A stretch of 64,000 bases of DNA from Lachnospiraceae bacterium (GTDB taxonomy: Bacteria > Bacillota > Clostridia > Lachnospirales > Lachnospiraceae). Under the pieces are notes generated by a model. It was given only the letters and a program-made list of their open reading frames with translations, searched no databases and was not told where the DNA came from. Location of the stretch: NCBI GenBank assembly GCA_045599565.1, contig JAZRWF010000065.1, positions 1,100 through 65,099 on the forward strand. Direction: 5' to 3'. Position 1 is the stretch's first letter. Every line of letters starts with the position of its first letter. The position numbers were made by a program, and so were the translations under genes. Shown here one piece after another: positions 9,063-18,062 of this stretch.

Positions 9063-12000
9063 ATGCCAAAGCGCTTAGATATTAAAAAGGTAATGGTAAT
9101 CGGCTCTGGTCCTATAGTAATAGGTCAAGCAGCAGAGTTCGATTACGCGGGCACCCAGGCTTGCCGTTCTCTTAAGGAGGAGGGCGTAGAGGTATGTTTG
9201 GTAAACTCAAATCCTGCGACCATCATGACCGATAAGGATATCGCTGATCAGGTGTATATCGAGCCTCTCACAGTAGAGGTTTTAAAGCAGATTATTTTAA
9301 AGGAAAAGCCAGATTCACTGCTTCCTACCCTTGGAGGTCAGGCTGGACTGAACCTTGGTATGGAGCTGGCAGAGTGCGGCTTTTTGGATGAGCATGGAGT
9401 AAAACTCATCGGAACCACAGCTGAGACTATATTTAAGGCTGAGGACCGTCAGGCGTTCAAGGACACCATGGAAAAAATCGGTGAGCCTGTGGCTGCTTCT
9501 CTTGTAGTAAATAATGTAGAGGATGGTATAAAGTTTACAAATACCATCGGTTACCCAGTGGTTCTTCGCCCTGCCTACACACTTGGCGGCTCAGGCGGCG
9601 GTATCGCGAAAAATGAATCAGAGCTCATAGAGATTCTGACCAATGGTCTTAGACTTTCCCGCGTGCACGAGGTTTTGGTAGAGCGCTGCATCGCAGGCTG
9701 GAAGGAAATCGAGTACGAGGTTATGCGTGATGCAAACGGAAACTGTATAACCGTCTGCAACATGGAAAATATAGATCCAGTAGGTGTCCACACAGGTGAC
9801 TCCATCGTAGTGGCTCCTTCACAGACCTTAGGCGACAAGGAGTACCAGATGCTTCGTACTTCTGCCCTTAACATCATCACAGAGCTTGGAATCACAGGCG
9901 GATGTAACGTGCAGTATGCCCTTCATCCTGAATCCTTCGAGTACTGTGTAATCGAGGTAAACCCACGAGTTTCCCGCTCATCAGCCCTCGCTTCAAAGGC
10001 TACTGGCTACCCAATCGCTAAGGTGGCAGCGAAGATTGCTTTAGGCTACACACTTGATGAGATTAAAAATGCCATAACGAAAAAGACCTACGCTTCATTT
10101 GAGCCAATGCTCGACTACTGCGTAGTTAAGATTCCACGTCTTCCATTCGATAAGTTCCTCTCTGCATCGAGAAAGCTTACCACCCAGATGAAGGCTACCG
10201 GTGAGGTAATGAGTATCTGCACCAGCTTCGAGGGTGCTCTTATGAAGGCTATCCGCTCGCTCGAGCAGCATGTGGACTGCCTGATGGCGTACGACTTTGA
10301 CAAGCTGAACAATGCTGAGCTTTTGGATGCTCTGTACAAGGTGGACGACAGAAGAATTTTCTGCATCGCAGAGGCGCTTCGCCGTGGCTGGGAGAGAGAC
10401 CTTCTTCACGAGGTTACTAAAATCGACCACTGGTTCATAGATAAAATAGCTATCCTTGTGGAGATGGAGCAGGCCTTGGCTGCTGCTTCGTCACTTTCAG
10501 ATGCGGTTGGTCTTGAGCTTCTTCGCGAGGCCAAGAGAGTAGAGTTCCCTGATAATGTAATCGCAAGAATCCGTGTGGCTGCTGGCTGTACTTCTGGTAT
10601 TTCTGATGAGGAAATCAAGAATCTTCGCTTTGCAAATGGCATAGAAGCTGGATTTAAGATGGTAGATACCTGTGCCGCTGAATTTGACGCGGCTACGCCT
10701 TACTACTATTCTGTGCACGGCTCAGAGAACGAGGCTGTGGAGACAAAGGACAGAAAGAAGGTTTTGGTACTCGGTTCTGGTCCTATTCGTATCGGTCAGG
10801 GTGTCGAGTTCGACTACTGCAGCGTGCATGCGACCTGGGCTTTCGCTAAGGAGGGCTGGGAGACCATCATCGTAAATAACAATCCAGAGACTGTTTCTAC
10901 AGACTTTGATATAGCTGACAAGCTCTATTTTGAGCCACTTACAAACGAGGATGTCGAGGCTATCGTTCGCTTTGAGAAGCCAGACGGAGCTATCGTGCAG
11001 TTCGGTGGTCAGACAGCCATAAAGCTGACAGAGCATTTGATGAAAATCGGCGTGCCTAACCTTGGAACCAAGGCTGAGGATGTGGATGCAGCAGAGGACA
11101 GAGAGCTCTTCGACAAGATTCTCGAGCAGACTCAGATTCCTCGTGCAGCAGGCGGCACCGTGTTCACCGCTGAGGAAGCAAAGGAGGTCGCAAACCGCAT
11201 AGGTTATCCTGTGCTCGTAAGACCTTCGTATGTACTCGGTGGACAGGGCATGCAGATCGCATGGAACGACGAGGAAGTGGAAGAGTTTATGGAAATCATA
11301 AACCGTATCGCGCAGGATCACCCTGTGCTCGTCGACAAGTATCTCATGGGTAAGGAAATCGAGGTCGATGCGGTCTGTGATGGAAAGGACATTTTAATTC
11401 CTGGTATCATGGAGCACATCGAGCGCACCGGTGTTCACTCAGGTGACTCTATCTCAGTATACCCAGCGCACACCATAAGCGACACCGTAAAGGAGAAGCT
11501 GGTCGAGTACACAAAGAGGCTGGCTGTAGCGCTTCACGTGCTTGGAATGATAAATATTCAGTTCATAGCGATGGGAGATGACGTGTATGTTATCGAGGTT
11601 AACCCAAGATCTTCACGTACAGTTCCTTATATTTCAAAGGTTACGGGCATCCCAATCGTAGAGCTGGCAGCCAAGGTTATACTTGGAAATACTATTAAGG
11701 GTCTGGGATATGAGCCAGGACTTGCACCTACAGCAGATTATGTGGCTATAAAGATGCCTGTATTCTCATTTGAGAAGCTTCGCGGTGCCGAGATTTCGCT
11801 CGGACCAGAGATGAAGTCCACAGGTGAGTGCCTTGGAATAGCGAAGACCTTTGACGAGGCATTGTATAAGGCGTTCCTCGGTGCAGGCGTAATATTGCCA
11901 AAGCATAAGCAGATGATTATCACGGTAAAGGATGCCGACAAGCCAGAGGCTCTCGAGGTCGCAAAGCGCTTCGCAAAGCTGGGTTACATCATCTACGCTA

Positions 12001-12296
12001 CTCGTTCGACTGCGAAGTATCTGCAGGAGGGCGGAGTGGATGCGCGTCGCATAAATAAGATCACGCAGGAGTCGCCTAACGTAATGGATTTGATTTTGGG
12101 TCACAAGATCGACCTCGTCATCGACACCCCTACTCAGGGTCACGGTGATAAGACTAGAGATGGCTTCCTGATTCGTCGAAATGCGATCGAGACCGGAATT
12201 CACTGCATAACCGCGATGGATACCGCAAATGCGCTGGCTACCTCTTTAGAGAGTGCGACCAATGAATTCACCTTAGTGGATGTCGCTAAGATATAG
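9063..12296 (+). CDS. carB: carbamoyl-phosphate synthase large subunit
   Basis: duplicated ATP-grasp halves (GSGPIVIGQAAEFDY / GSGPIRIGQGVEFDY) and C-terminal MGS-like domain. Confidence 0.97.
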   Translation: MPKRLDIKKVMVIGSGPIVIGQAAEFDYAGTQACRSLKEEGVEVCLVNSNPATIMTDKDIADQVYIEPLTVEVLKQIILKEKPDSLLPTLGGQAGLNLGMELAECGFLDEHGVKLIGTTAETIFKAEDRQAFKDTMEKIGEPVAASLVVNNVEDGIKFTNTIGYPVVLRPAYTLGGSGGGIAKNESELIEILTNGLRLSRVHEVLVERCIAGWKEIEYEVMRDANGNCITVCNMENIDPVGVHTGDSIVVAPSQTLGDKEYQMLRTSALNIITELGITGGCNVQYALHPESFEYCVIEVNPRVSRSSALASKATGYPIAKVAAKIALGYTLDEIKNAITKKTYASFEPMLDYCVVKIPRLPFDKFLSASRKLTTQMKATGEVMSICTSFEGALMKAIRSLEQHVDCLMAYDFDKLNNAELLDALYKVDDRRIFCIAEALRRGWERDLLHEVTKIDHWFIDKIAILVEMEQALAAASSLSDAVGLELLREAKRVEFPDNVIARIRVAAGCTSGISDEEIKNLRFANGIEAGFKMVDTCAAEFDAATPYYYSVHGSENEAVETKDRKKVLVLGSGPIRIGQGVEFDYCSVHATWAFAKEGWETIIVNNNPETVSTDFDIADKLYFEPLTNEDVEAIVRFEKPDGAIVQFGGQTAIKLTEHLMKIGVPNLGTKAEDVDAAEDRELFDKILEQTQIPRAAGGTVFTAEEAKEVANRIGYPVLVRPSYVLGGQGMQIAWNDEEVEEFMEIINRIAQDHPVLVDKYLMGKEIEVDAVCDGKDILIPGIMEHIERTGVHSGDSISVYPAHTISDTVKEKLVEYTKRLAVALHVLGMINIQFIAMGDDVYVIEVNPRSSRTVPYISKVTGIPIVELAAKVILGNTIKGLGYEPGLAPTADYVAIKMPVFSFEKLRGAEISLGPEMKSTGECLGIAKTFDEALYKAFLGAGVILPKHKQMIITVKDADKPEALEVAKRFAKLGYIIYATRSTAKYLQEGGVDARRINKITQESPNVMDLILGHKIDLVIDTPTQGHGDKTRDGFLIRRNAIETGIHCITAMDTANALATSLESATNEFTLVDVAKI

Positions 12297-12316
12297 TTTT
12301 GATTTCTGTGTTTATT

Positions 12317-12350
12317 AACCCCAGGGCAGCTGCGCTGCCCTGGGGTTTTT
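12317..12350. terminator. intrinsic terminator between convergent carB and MATE genes
   Basis: AACCCCAGGGCAGC-TGC-GCTGCCCTGGGGTTTTT. Confidence 0.9.
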
Positions 12351-12355
12351 AGACA

Positions 12356-13726
12356 CTACTCCAAACCATCCGCCTCCATTACATTTAGCTTCCTCATAAA
12401 AGAAATTGCAAAAGGAATAGATGCTGCAGATGTCAGAACATCTGCTATCGGCTGAGACACCTGAACTCCCAGAATTCCAAAAGCAGACGAAAGAATCAAA
12501 AGTAGCGGAATGAAGAACAGCCCATTCTTTAATATAGACAAAAACGAAGCAGCCGCGCGCTGTCCAGTGGACTGAAGAAGCATATTCGTGCAGACCTGGA
12601 ATGGCAGTGCCAGCACTGCCACTAAAGAGAGGCGAAGCGCAAGAGTTCCTATGAGAATAACCTCTGGATCGTCTCTAAACAAAGCTACCAAATCACCTGA
12701 GAAAATCAGACAGACAGCAGCGGCTATCGTAAGTATTACCTGGCTGGCAGCCCATGTAAACATATACGATTTTCGAACTCTGTCATATTTTTTCGCGCCA
12801 AAGTTAAACGCAGACACAGGCTGAAAGCCCTGTCCTAGACCAAGACCTACTGCGAAGCAGAAGAAATTTATTCTTCCCACGATGGACATGGCTGCCACAG
12901 CGGCATCTCCGCCCAATGCAGCTGCAGTATTGTTTAAGAACATGCCTGAGATAGACTGCATACTTTGACGCAGAAGACTTGGAAATCCAGTCGCACAAAT
13001 GTCGAATAAAAGCGGCGCATTGAAAGACAGCAGCTTAATAGAAAATCTGCTCTGCGCCTTAGTAATGAACATATACAGCAGAATGGAAAAAGCCACGAAC
13101 TGAGATATAGCAGTGCTTAGTCCAGCTCCCAAAACACCGAGGTCAGCCAGATCTATAAGAAGCGGATCACCGATGGTATTTAATATACCGCCCAATCCAA
13201 GCCCCACCATAGCAAATGCAGCTCTGCCTTCGTAGCGCAGAATGTTATTTAGTACATTTGATCCCATCATAAAAGGCGCCGCAGCTAAGACACATCTCGC
13301 ATAGACGCGAGCGTATGGCAAAATGGTCTCCGTGCTGCCAAGAAGCCTGACCAATGGATCTACGAAAATATTGCCAAGAACGGCCAGAATCACACCAGTC
13401 ACCAGTGCTGTAGCGAAGGCTAATGAGGATGTCCTTTTAGCTTCATCCACTTTTCCAGCGCCGAGCTGCCTGGAAATGATAGAACCGGCACCCTGCCCAT
13501 ACATGAAGCCAAAGGCCTGGATAACAGACATAAGCGAAAAAACTACACCTACAGCTCCGCTGGCAGAGGTGCCAAGCTGTGAAACGAAGTAGGTGTCAGC
13601 TAGATTGTAAATGGTGGTGATAAGCATACTGATGGTAGTTGGAATACCCAGCATTATAACTAGCTTTCCAATGGGTGTCTGAGTCATTTTGTTGAATTGA
13701 GCCGTCCTAGCATCTGTATTATTCAT
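12356..13726 (-). CDS. MATE family efflux transporter
   Basis: YNLADTYFVSQLG and about 12 TM segments; start placed at ATG 13726 with SD AGGAGA. Confidence 0.92.
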   Translation of the reverse strand: MNNTDARTAQFNKMTQTPIGKLVIMLGIPTTISMLITTIYNLADTYFVSQLGTSASGAVGVVFSLMSVIQAFGFMYGQGAGSIISRQLGAGKVDEAKRTSSLAFATALVTGVILAVLGNIFVDPLVRLLGSTETILPYARVYARCVLAAAPFMMGSNVLNNILRYEGRAAFAMVGLGLGGILNTIGDPLLIDLADLGVLGAGLSTAISQFVAFSILLYMFITKAQSRFSIKLLSFNAPLLFDICATGFPSLLRQSMQSISGMFLNNTAAALGGDAAVAAMSIVGRINFFCFAVGLGLGQGFQPVSAFNFGAKKYDRVRKSYMFTWAASQVILTIAAAVCLIFSGDLVALFRDDPEVILIGTLALRLSLVAVLALPFQVCTNMLLQSTGQRAAASFLSILKNGLFFIPLLLILSSAFGILGVQVSQPIADVLTSAASIPFAISFMRKLNVMEADGLE

Positions 13727-13738
13727 AAAGAATCTCCT

Positions 13739-13783
13739 AAAAAAAACGTGGTCATGAGAGTGGAATACCACTATCATGCCACG
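13739..13783 (-). terminator. intrinsic terminator after the flagellin-like gene
   Basis: long GC stem (CGTGG.CATGA..GTGG / CCAC..TCATG.CCACG) followed by an 8-T tract on the minus strand. Confidence 0.75.
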
Positions 13784-13802
13784 GGGAATGATTTTATTCT
13801 AC

Positions 13803-14561
13803 CTACTGAAGAAGTCCCAGGTGTCTTTGGGCTTCATCCTCCTGCTTTTTCTTTTGCATTTGGATAGCGATGGTGTTCAAAAGCTGCTTCTTTTGCTGCT
13901 CAGTCACACCTTTGGCGAAATCGAGATCTTCTAATCTAGAGGAAGATGCCATAACATTTTCTCTGGTAATCTGGTTCTGAGCAAATGAATACTCAAGACC
14001 ATTCTGTGATGCTCCATAGCTAGAGCGCTGCTTAGACACCATGCTAAGCGCATCAGAAATCTTCGACATATCGAAATCTCCGGTCACATTATAACCAGAA
14101 ATGCCAAGACTTTCTGAAAGCGAAGACTGCATAGCGATATTAGGACCGCTTCCGTCTGGATTAGCAGCGATATGAATATCACCTGCCGAACCATCTAAAA
14201 GATAGGTTTCATTATACTTCGTAGAAGCTCCGATCTGATCTATTCCCTGAATAAGACCATCGATTTCCTGCTGAATGCTGGCCTTGTCAGACGCAGACAT
14301 AAGACCATTAGACGCCTGAATAGAAAGCTCATTTATGCGATTTAGGCTGTCTGCCACAGTAGAAAGTGCACCGTCTGCTATCTTAACTGCATCTATGCCA
14401 GATGCTATATTCTTACTTCCTTGGTCTAGCCCACCAGTCTGAGCATTAAGCTTCTGGACGATAGCAGAGCCTGCCGCGTCGTCAGCCGCCTTATTAATTC
14501 TCTTTCCAGAAGAAAGCTGTGCATAGATATTATTCGTATTATTAAGTGAAGAAATAGTCAT
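13803..14561 (-). CDS. short flagellin-like protein (252 aa)
   Basis: LSSGKRINKAADDAAG, ADGAL, RS.YGA.QN.LE and SRLEDLDFA flagellin N/C motifs; ATG 14561 with SD GAAAGGAG. Confidence 0.85.
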   Translation of the reverse strand: MTISSLNNTNNIYAQLSSGKRINKAADDAAGSAIVQKLNAQTGGLDQGSKNIASGIDAVKIADGALSTVADSLNRINELSIQASNGLMSASDKASIQQEIDGLIQGIDQIGASTKYNETYLLDGSAGDIHIAANPDGSGPNIAMQSSLSESLGISGYNVTGDFDMSKISDALSMVSKQRSSYGASQNGLEYSFAQNQITRENVMASSSRLEDLDFAKGVTEQQKKQLLNTIAIQMQKKKQEDEAQRHLGLLQ

Positions 14562-14659
14562 AGACTGCTCCTTTCTTTTGGCTATAAATCCCTGCAAATG
14601 TCGCATAAAAATAGCGGTTACTTCGTATTTTACGAAGAAACCGCATTTGTTGTCAAGCA

Positions 14660-15241
14660 TTACTTTACCTGAAGGAACAGTCCTGCCTTCTTAAGTGCTG
14701 GGCGAAGCGCCATGTAAACAGCCACAGACACGATGGTCGAGGTCACCGCATTTATCGAGGTGGCAGCCACATTCCATGCGAGAGTGAGCTCAGCAGCTGG
14801 CTTTCCGATGATGATGAGCTTATAGAAATATCCCACGATTGGGTCGAAGATTACATTGAAAAGAAGTCCTGCTACAGCGGCCGCGATGATCCAGCAAAGC
14901 ACCTTTTTATTGTCAGTCTCCTTTGAAATGTGACCGAGCTTGTGTGCTACGAGGCCGGTGATAAGTCCGATGCAAAGCTTAAGCACAAAGGTCTTAGGTG
15001 CATACACGACATACACTGGATCGAATAAATCTCCGATGGTCATGCCGATAGCTCCGCCAAGTCCGCCGTACAGTCCGCCCAGAAGCAGCGCTCCGAGCAC
15101 GCACACAGCGTTTCCTAAGTGAATCGAGGTCGCATCGCCACCTGGCAGCGAAATCTTTATCTGCAAAAATGTGAACACCACATAGCTGAGTGCCGCAAAC
15201 AATCCTACAAGTGCAATTTTGTAAACTTTTTCGTTTTTCAT
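14660..15241 (-). CDS. ECF transporter S component, probably vitamin B6 (PdxU2/HmpT-like)
   Basis: IHLGNA..LGALLLG...GG..GAIG..IGDL motif, about 5-6 TM segments; downstream of pdxK; start placed at ATG 15241; substrate inferred from context. Confidence 0.85.
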   Translation of the reverse strand: MKNEKVYKIALVGLFAALSYVVFTFLQIKISLPGGDATSIHLGNAVCVLGALLLGGLYGGLGGAIGMTIGDLFDPVYVVYAPKTFVLKLCIGLITGLVAHKLGHISKETDNKKVLCWIIAAAVAGLLFNVIFDPIVGYFYKLIIIGKPAAELTLAWNVAATSINAVTSTIVSVAVYMALRPALKKAGLFLQVK

Positions 15242-15245
15242 GTTT

Positions 15246-15315
15246 AATACGAGGGGGGACCCACTCACTATGAAAACTGGCCTGGTCCAGTTTTCAAGTG
15301 GGGAGTACCCGTATT
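15246..15315 (-). ncRNA. putative 70-nt structured RNA element, copy A, in the ECF gene leader
   Basis: nested stems AATACGGG/CTCGTATT, CCCACT/AGTGGG, TGAAAACTGG/CCAGTTTTCA; homolog at 53470-53539 with compensatory changes. Confidence 0.6.
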
Positions 15316-15354
15316 CTCCTTTCTTCTCTCTTTTCAAGTCCTTGTTTACATTTA

Positions 15355-16188
15355 TCAGTTAAGTGCTAAGACCAAATCCTTTAGCTTAGTCTCGAACTTT
15401 ACTCCATACCAGTGGCTCTCGTCGTCAAATGTCGCATCCATACATGAAACCACATAATCAGAAGCGATTCTGACAGCCTCCGCCAAAGTCTTTCCCGCCA
15501 TGTACGCTCCGGTCATGGCCGAGGCAAATATGTCTCCGGTGCCGTGTGAATTCTTCGATAGCTTCTTATGCTTCACATAAGTGCTCTTGTCATCAGGTTC
15601 GGAAATCAGCACGCCCGTGGTCGCCTCATCATAGGAAACTCCAGTGAGCACGATGGTCTTCATACCCATTTCATGCAGCTTTTTACAGAGCTTTTCGATA
15701 TAGGCCTCGTCATAAGAAGTCTTATATTCTATCCCGCACATCAGCGATGCTTCGGTGATATTTGGCAAAATGATGTCAGCTTTTTTACAAAGCGTGGACA
15801 TCGCCTTTACATATTCCATGTCGAATATGGAGTAGAGTTTTCCGTGGTCCGCCATCGCTGGGTCCACGATTTTAACCGCATCTGGTTTTAAGGTTTCCTC
15901 GAAAAATGCTGCCACATAATCTATCTGCTTTATGCTTCCGAGGTACCCTGTGTATGCCGCGTCAAATGTAATTCCCTCCGAAAGCCAATGCCTTTTAATA
16001 TCAGGCATATCATCTGTCAGGTCACGGAAGGTCATATTCTTAAATCCGCCAGTGTGTGTTGAAAGTACCGCACTTGGCAGAATGACACATTCCTGTCCAC
16101 AGGCTGAAATGATAGGTAGTGCCACTGTCAGCGAGCACTGTCCCATGCAGGAAATATCCTGAATCGTAAGTATTCTATTGTAAGACAT
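15355..16188 (-). CDS. pdxK: pyridoxal/pyridoxamine kinase
   Basis: IQDISCMGQCSL, LSTHTGG, VDPAMAD, PNITEA, HGTGD motifs; ATG 16188 with SD AAGGAGG. Confidence 0.9.
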   Translation of the reverse strand: MSYNRILTIQDISCMGQCSLTVALPIISACGQECVILPSAVLSTHTGGFKNMTFRDLTDDMPDIKRHWLSEGITFDAAYTGYLGSIKQIDYVAAFFEETLKPDAVKIVDPAMADHGKLYSIFDMEYVKAMSTLCKKADIILPNITEASLMCGIEYKTSYDEAYIEKLCKKLHEMGMKTIVLTGVSYDEATTGVLISEPDDKSTYVKHKKLSKNSHGTGDIFASAMTGAYMAGKTLAEAVRIASDYVVSCMDATFDDESHWYGVKFETKLKDLVLALN

Positions 16189-16229
16189 TTCTACCTCCTT
16201 TGTTAATTCATGATTGATATAATACCTAT

Positions 16230-16281
16230 TAACTGTTATCATATAAATATGCAATAATAAGCATTTGATGATATACAGTTA
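16230..16281. promoter_or_regulatory. candidate operator for the divergent MocR/PdxR regulator
   Basis: inverted repeat TAACTGT(T)ATCAT ... ATGATATACAGTTA in the pdxK/regulator intergenic region. Confidence 0.5.
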
Positions 16282-16297
16282 TAAGGATTTAACACAA

Positions 16298-17659
16298 ATG
16301 AAGCCGATTAGCTTAGATTTCAATAACAGTCAAACTCATAATCTATACGAACAGTTATACACAGCCTTTAAAACCCAGATGACCACTGGTCAGATCTCCT
16401 ATAAGGAAAAGCTGCCATCAGTTCGAAACTTAGCCAGTGAATTAGGAGTCTCTGTCACTACCATAAACTCTGCATATAATCAGCTTTTAGATGAGGGCTA
16501 TATCGAAAGTAGGGCAGGCTCAGGCTACTTTTGTATCCTGCAGAATGCTTATCCTTCCATATCTGCAGAAAGAATTCTGGACACAAAGAATACAAAAGAC
16601 GATTCACAGCTGCTCTATGACCCCCTTACCTTTGATTTCACAAAATGGAAAAAGTGCCTCGCTGAGGTGATAAATGATGAAAGTCACCAGCTTTTATCGG
16701 AGGCACATCCTCAGGGTGAAGCAGCACTTCGACACGAGATTTCAGAGTATCTCTTACATTCAAGAGGTCTTTTAGCTGGAAAAGAAAACATAGTAATAGC
16801 TGCTGGAACGACGCAGATAGCAGGCATCCTTGGAAAAATACTAAAGTCAGCGGGCATCGGACTTGTCGCCATGGAAACTCCATGTTACGCCCCGGTCAGA
16901 CACAGCTTTAGTCAAACTGGCTTTACCATAGCAGACATTCCGCTTTCAAACGACGGAATTCAGATAGAAAAACTCCCTACGAATTTCCCATGTGCATGCT
17001 ATGTCAGCCCATCGAATCAGTTTCCTACTGGTGTAGTCATGCCTGCATCCAGACGCTATGAGCTTTTAAAATGGGCTGTTTCAAACCATTCATATATCAT
17101 AGAAGATGATTATAACTCTGAGCTTAGATACTTAGGAAAGCCGCTGCCTGCGCTGAAGTCCTTAGATGAAGCTGGCAGTCATGTAATATATTTAGGAAGC
17201 TTCAGTTCCACGCTGTTTCCGGCTATAAAGATTAGCTACATGGTATTGCCTGATGAATTAAAAAAGCATCTGGCAGCCGTTTTGGACAAGGTCACCCAGA
17301 CCTGCTCGAAGACAGAGCAGCTCACCCTGGCACTTTTCATGCAAAAGGGCTTTTATTACTCTGCCATCAGAAATAAGAGGAAACTGTATACTAAAAAGCT
17401 TATCCGTATAAATGAGCTTAATATTAAAGGTATATCCTCCGAGGAAGAGAACGCCAAGGCATCCGGTATATCCTTGCCTGTGTCACTGAATTTGACGCAA
17501 AAAAATACGCCGCAGTATTACTGTGACGTAGCTAAAAGCCTGGGCTTTATTTTAAAGTATATTCCAGAGCTTTCCACTGGGGAAAAGGGCTATTTTCTTT
17601 TGTATTATAACCAGATTCCGCTGGAGAAGCTGGACTTGATAGGAAAACTGCTAGAATAG
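16298..17659 (+). CDS. MocR/GabR-family (GntR HTH + PLP aminotransferase domain) regulator, PdxR-like
   Basis: LPSVRNLA..LGVS.TT..AY.QL..EGYI HTH; QFPTG, IIEDDY, GSFS motifs; divergent from pdxK. Confidence 0.9.
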   Translation: MKPISLDFNNSQTHNLYEQLYTAFKTQMTTGQISYKEKLPSVRNLASELGVSVTTINSAYNQLLDEGYIESRAGSGYFCILQNAYPSISAERILDTKNTKDDSQLLYDPLTFDFTKWKKCLAEVINDESHQLLSEAHPQGEAALRHEISEYLLHSRGLLAGKENIVIAAGTTQIAGILGKILKSAGIGLVAMETPCYAPVRHSFSQTGFTIADIPLSNDGIQIEKLPTNFPCACYVSPSNQFPTGVVMPASRRYELLKWAVSNHSYIIEDDYNSELRYLGKPLPALKSLDEAGSHVIYLGSFSSTLFPAIKISYMVLPDELKKHLAAVLDKVTQTCSKTEQLTLALFMQKGFYYSAIRNKRKLYTKKLIRINELNIKGISSEEENAKASGISLPVSLNLTQKNTPQYYCDVAKSLGFILKYIPELSTGEKGYFLLYYNQIPLEKLDLIGKLLE

Positions 17660-17745
17660 ACATTTAAACATAATCTACGATACCCTGGATAATGTCTGAA
17701 ACAACCATTACCAGATCTCCCTGTCGCCCTATGCTGCGCAAAAAT

Positions 17746-17923
17746 TGGTCTTAATTTCCTGTACACCCCAAATATGACCAAAAATTAGTCATATCTGTGA
17801 AAATTCTGTGAAGTTTTGGTCTTAATATCACATTTGTCGCTACAAGACCAAAAAATGGCGAAAATCGTCGATTTTTGGTCTTGAGAGCTCAAGTGGCTTA
17901 TTAAGACCACGAGTCAGGGCTAG
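17746..17923 (+). mobile_element. MITE/REPIN-like element, copy 2 (left outer terminus degenerate); tail to about 17985
   Basis: colinear with 3581-3758 (TGGTCTTAATTTCCTG...CATTTGTCGCTACAAGACCAAAAAA...TTAAGACCACGAGTCAGGGCTAG); second ACCAC.AGTCAGGGCT at 17966. Confidence 0.75.
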
Positions 17924-17996
17924 GGAGATATGTATAGGATAGAGAAAGCGTAGTGGGGAGAGAAAACCACTAGTCAGGGCTGGGGAGATAAAGGTG

Positions 17997-18025
17997 TTGG
18001 CAATTAGGGACAGATGTGGTAGAAT
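17997..18025 (+). promoter_or_regulatory. sigma-A promoter of malQ
   Basis: TTGGCA-N17-TAGAAT with extended -10 TG. Confidence 0.6.
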
Positions 18026-18062
18026 GTAAGGCTGTATTATACATTATCTAGGAGTGTTTGTT

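Noticed and set aside
14575-14640. Sigma-28 promoter for the flagellin-like gene
   Set aside because: Only a weak match (TAAC...TGCGACAT) with non-standard spacing; not supportable.
15242-15337. 32-aa N-terminal extension of the ECF S component from TTG 15337
   Set aside because: No properly spaced SD, and the segment is a structured repeat also found at 53470; not fully excluded.
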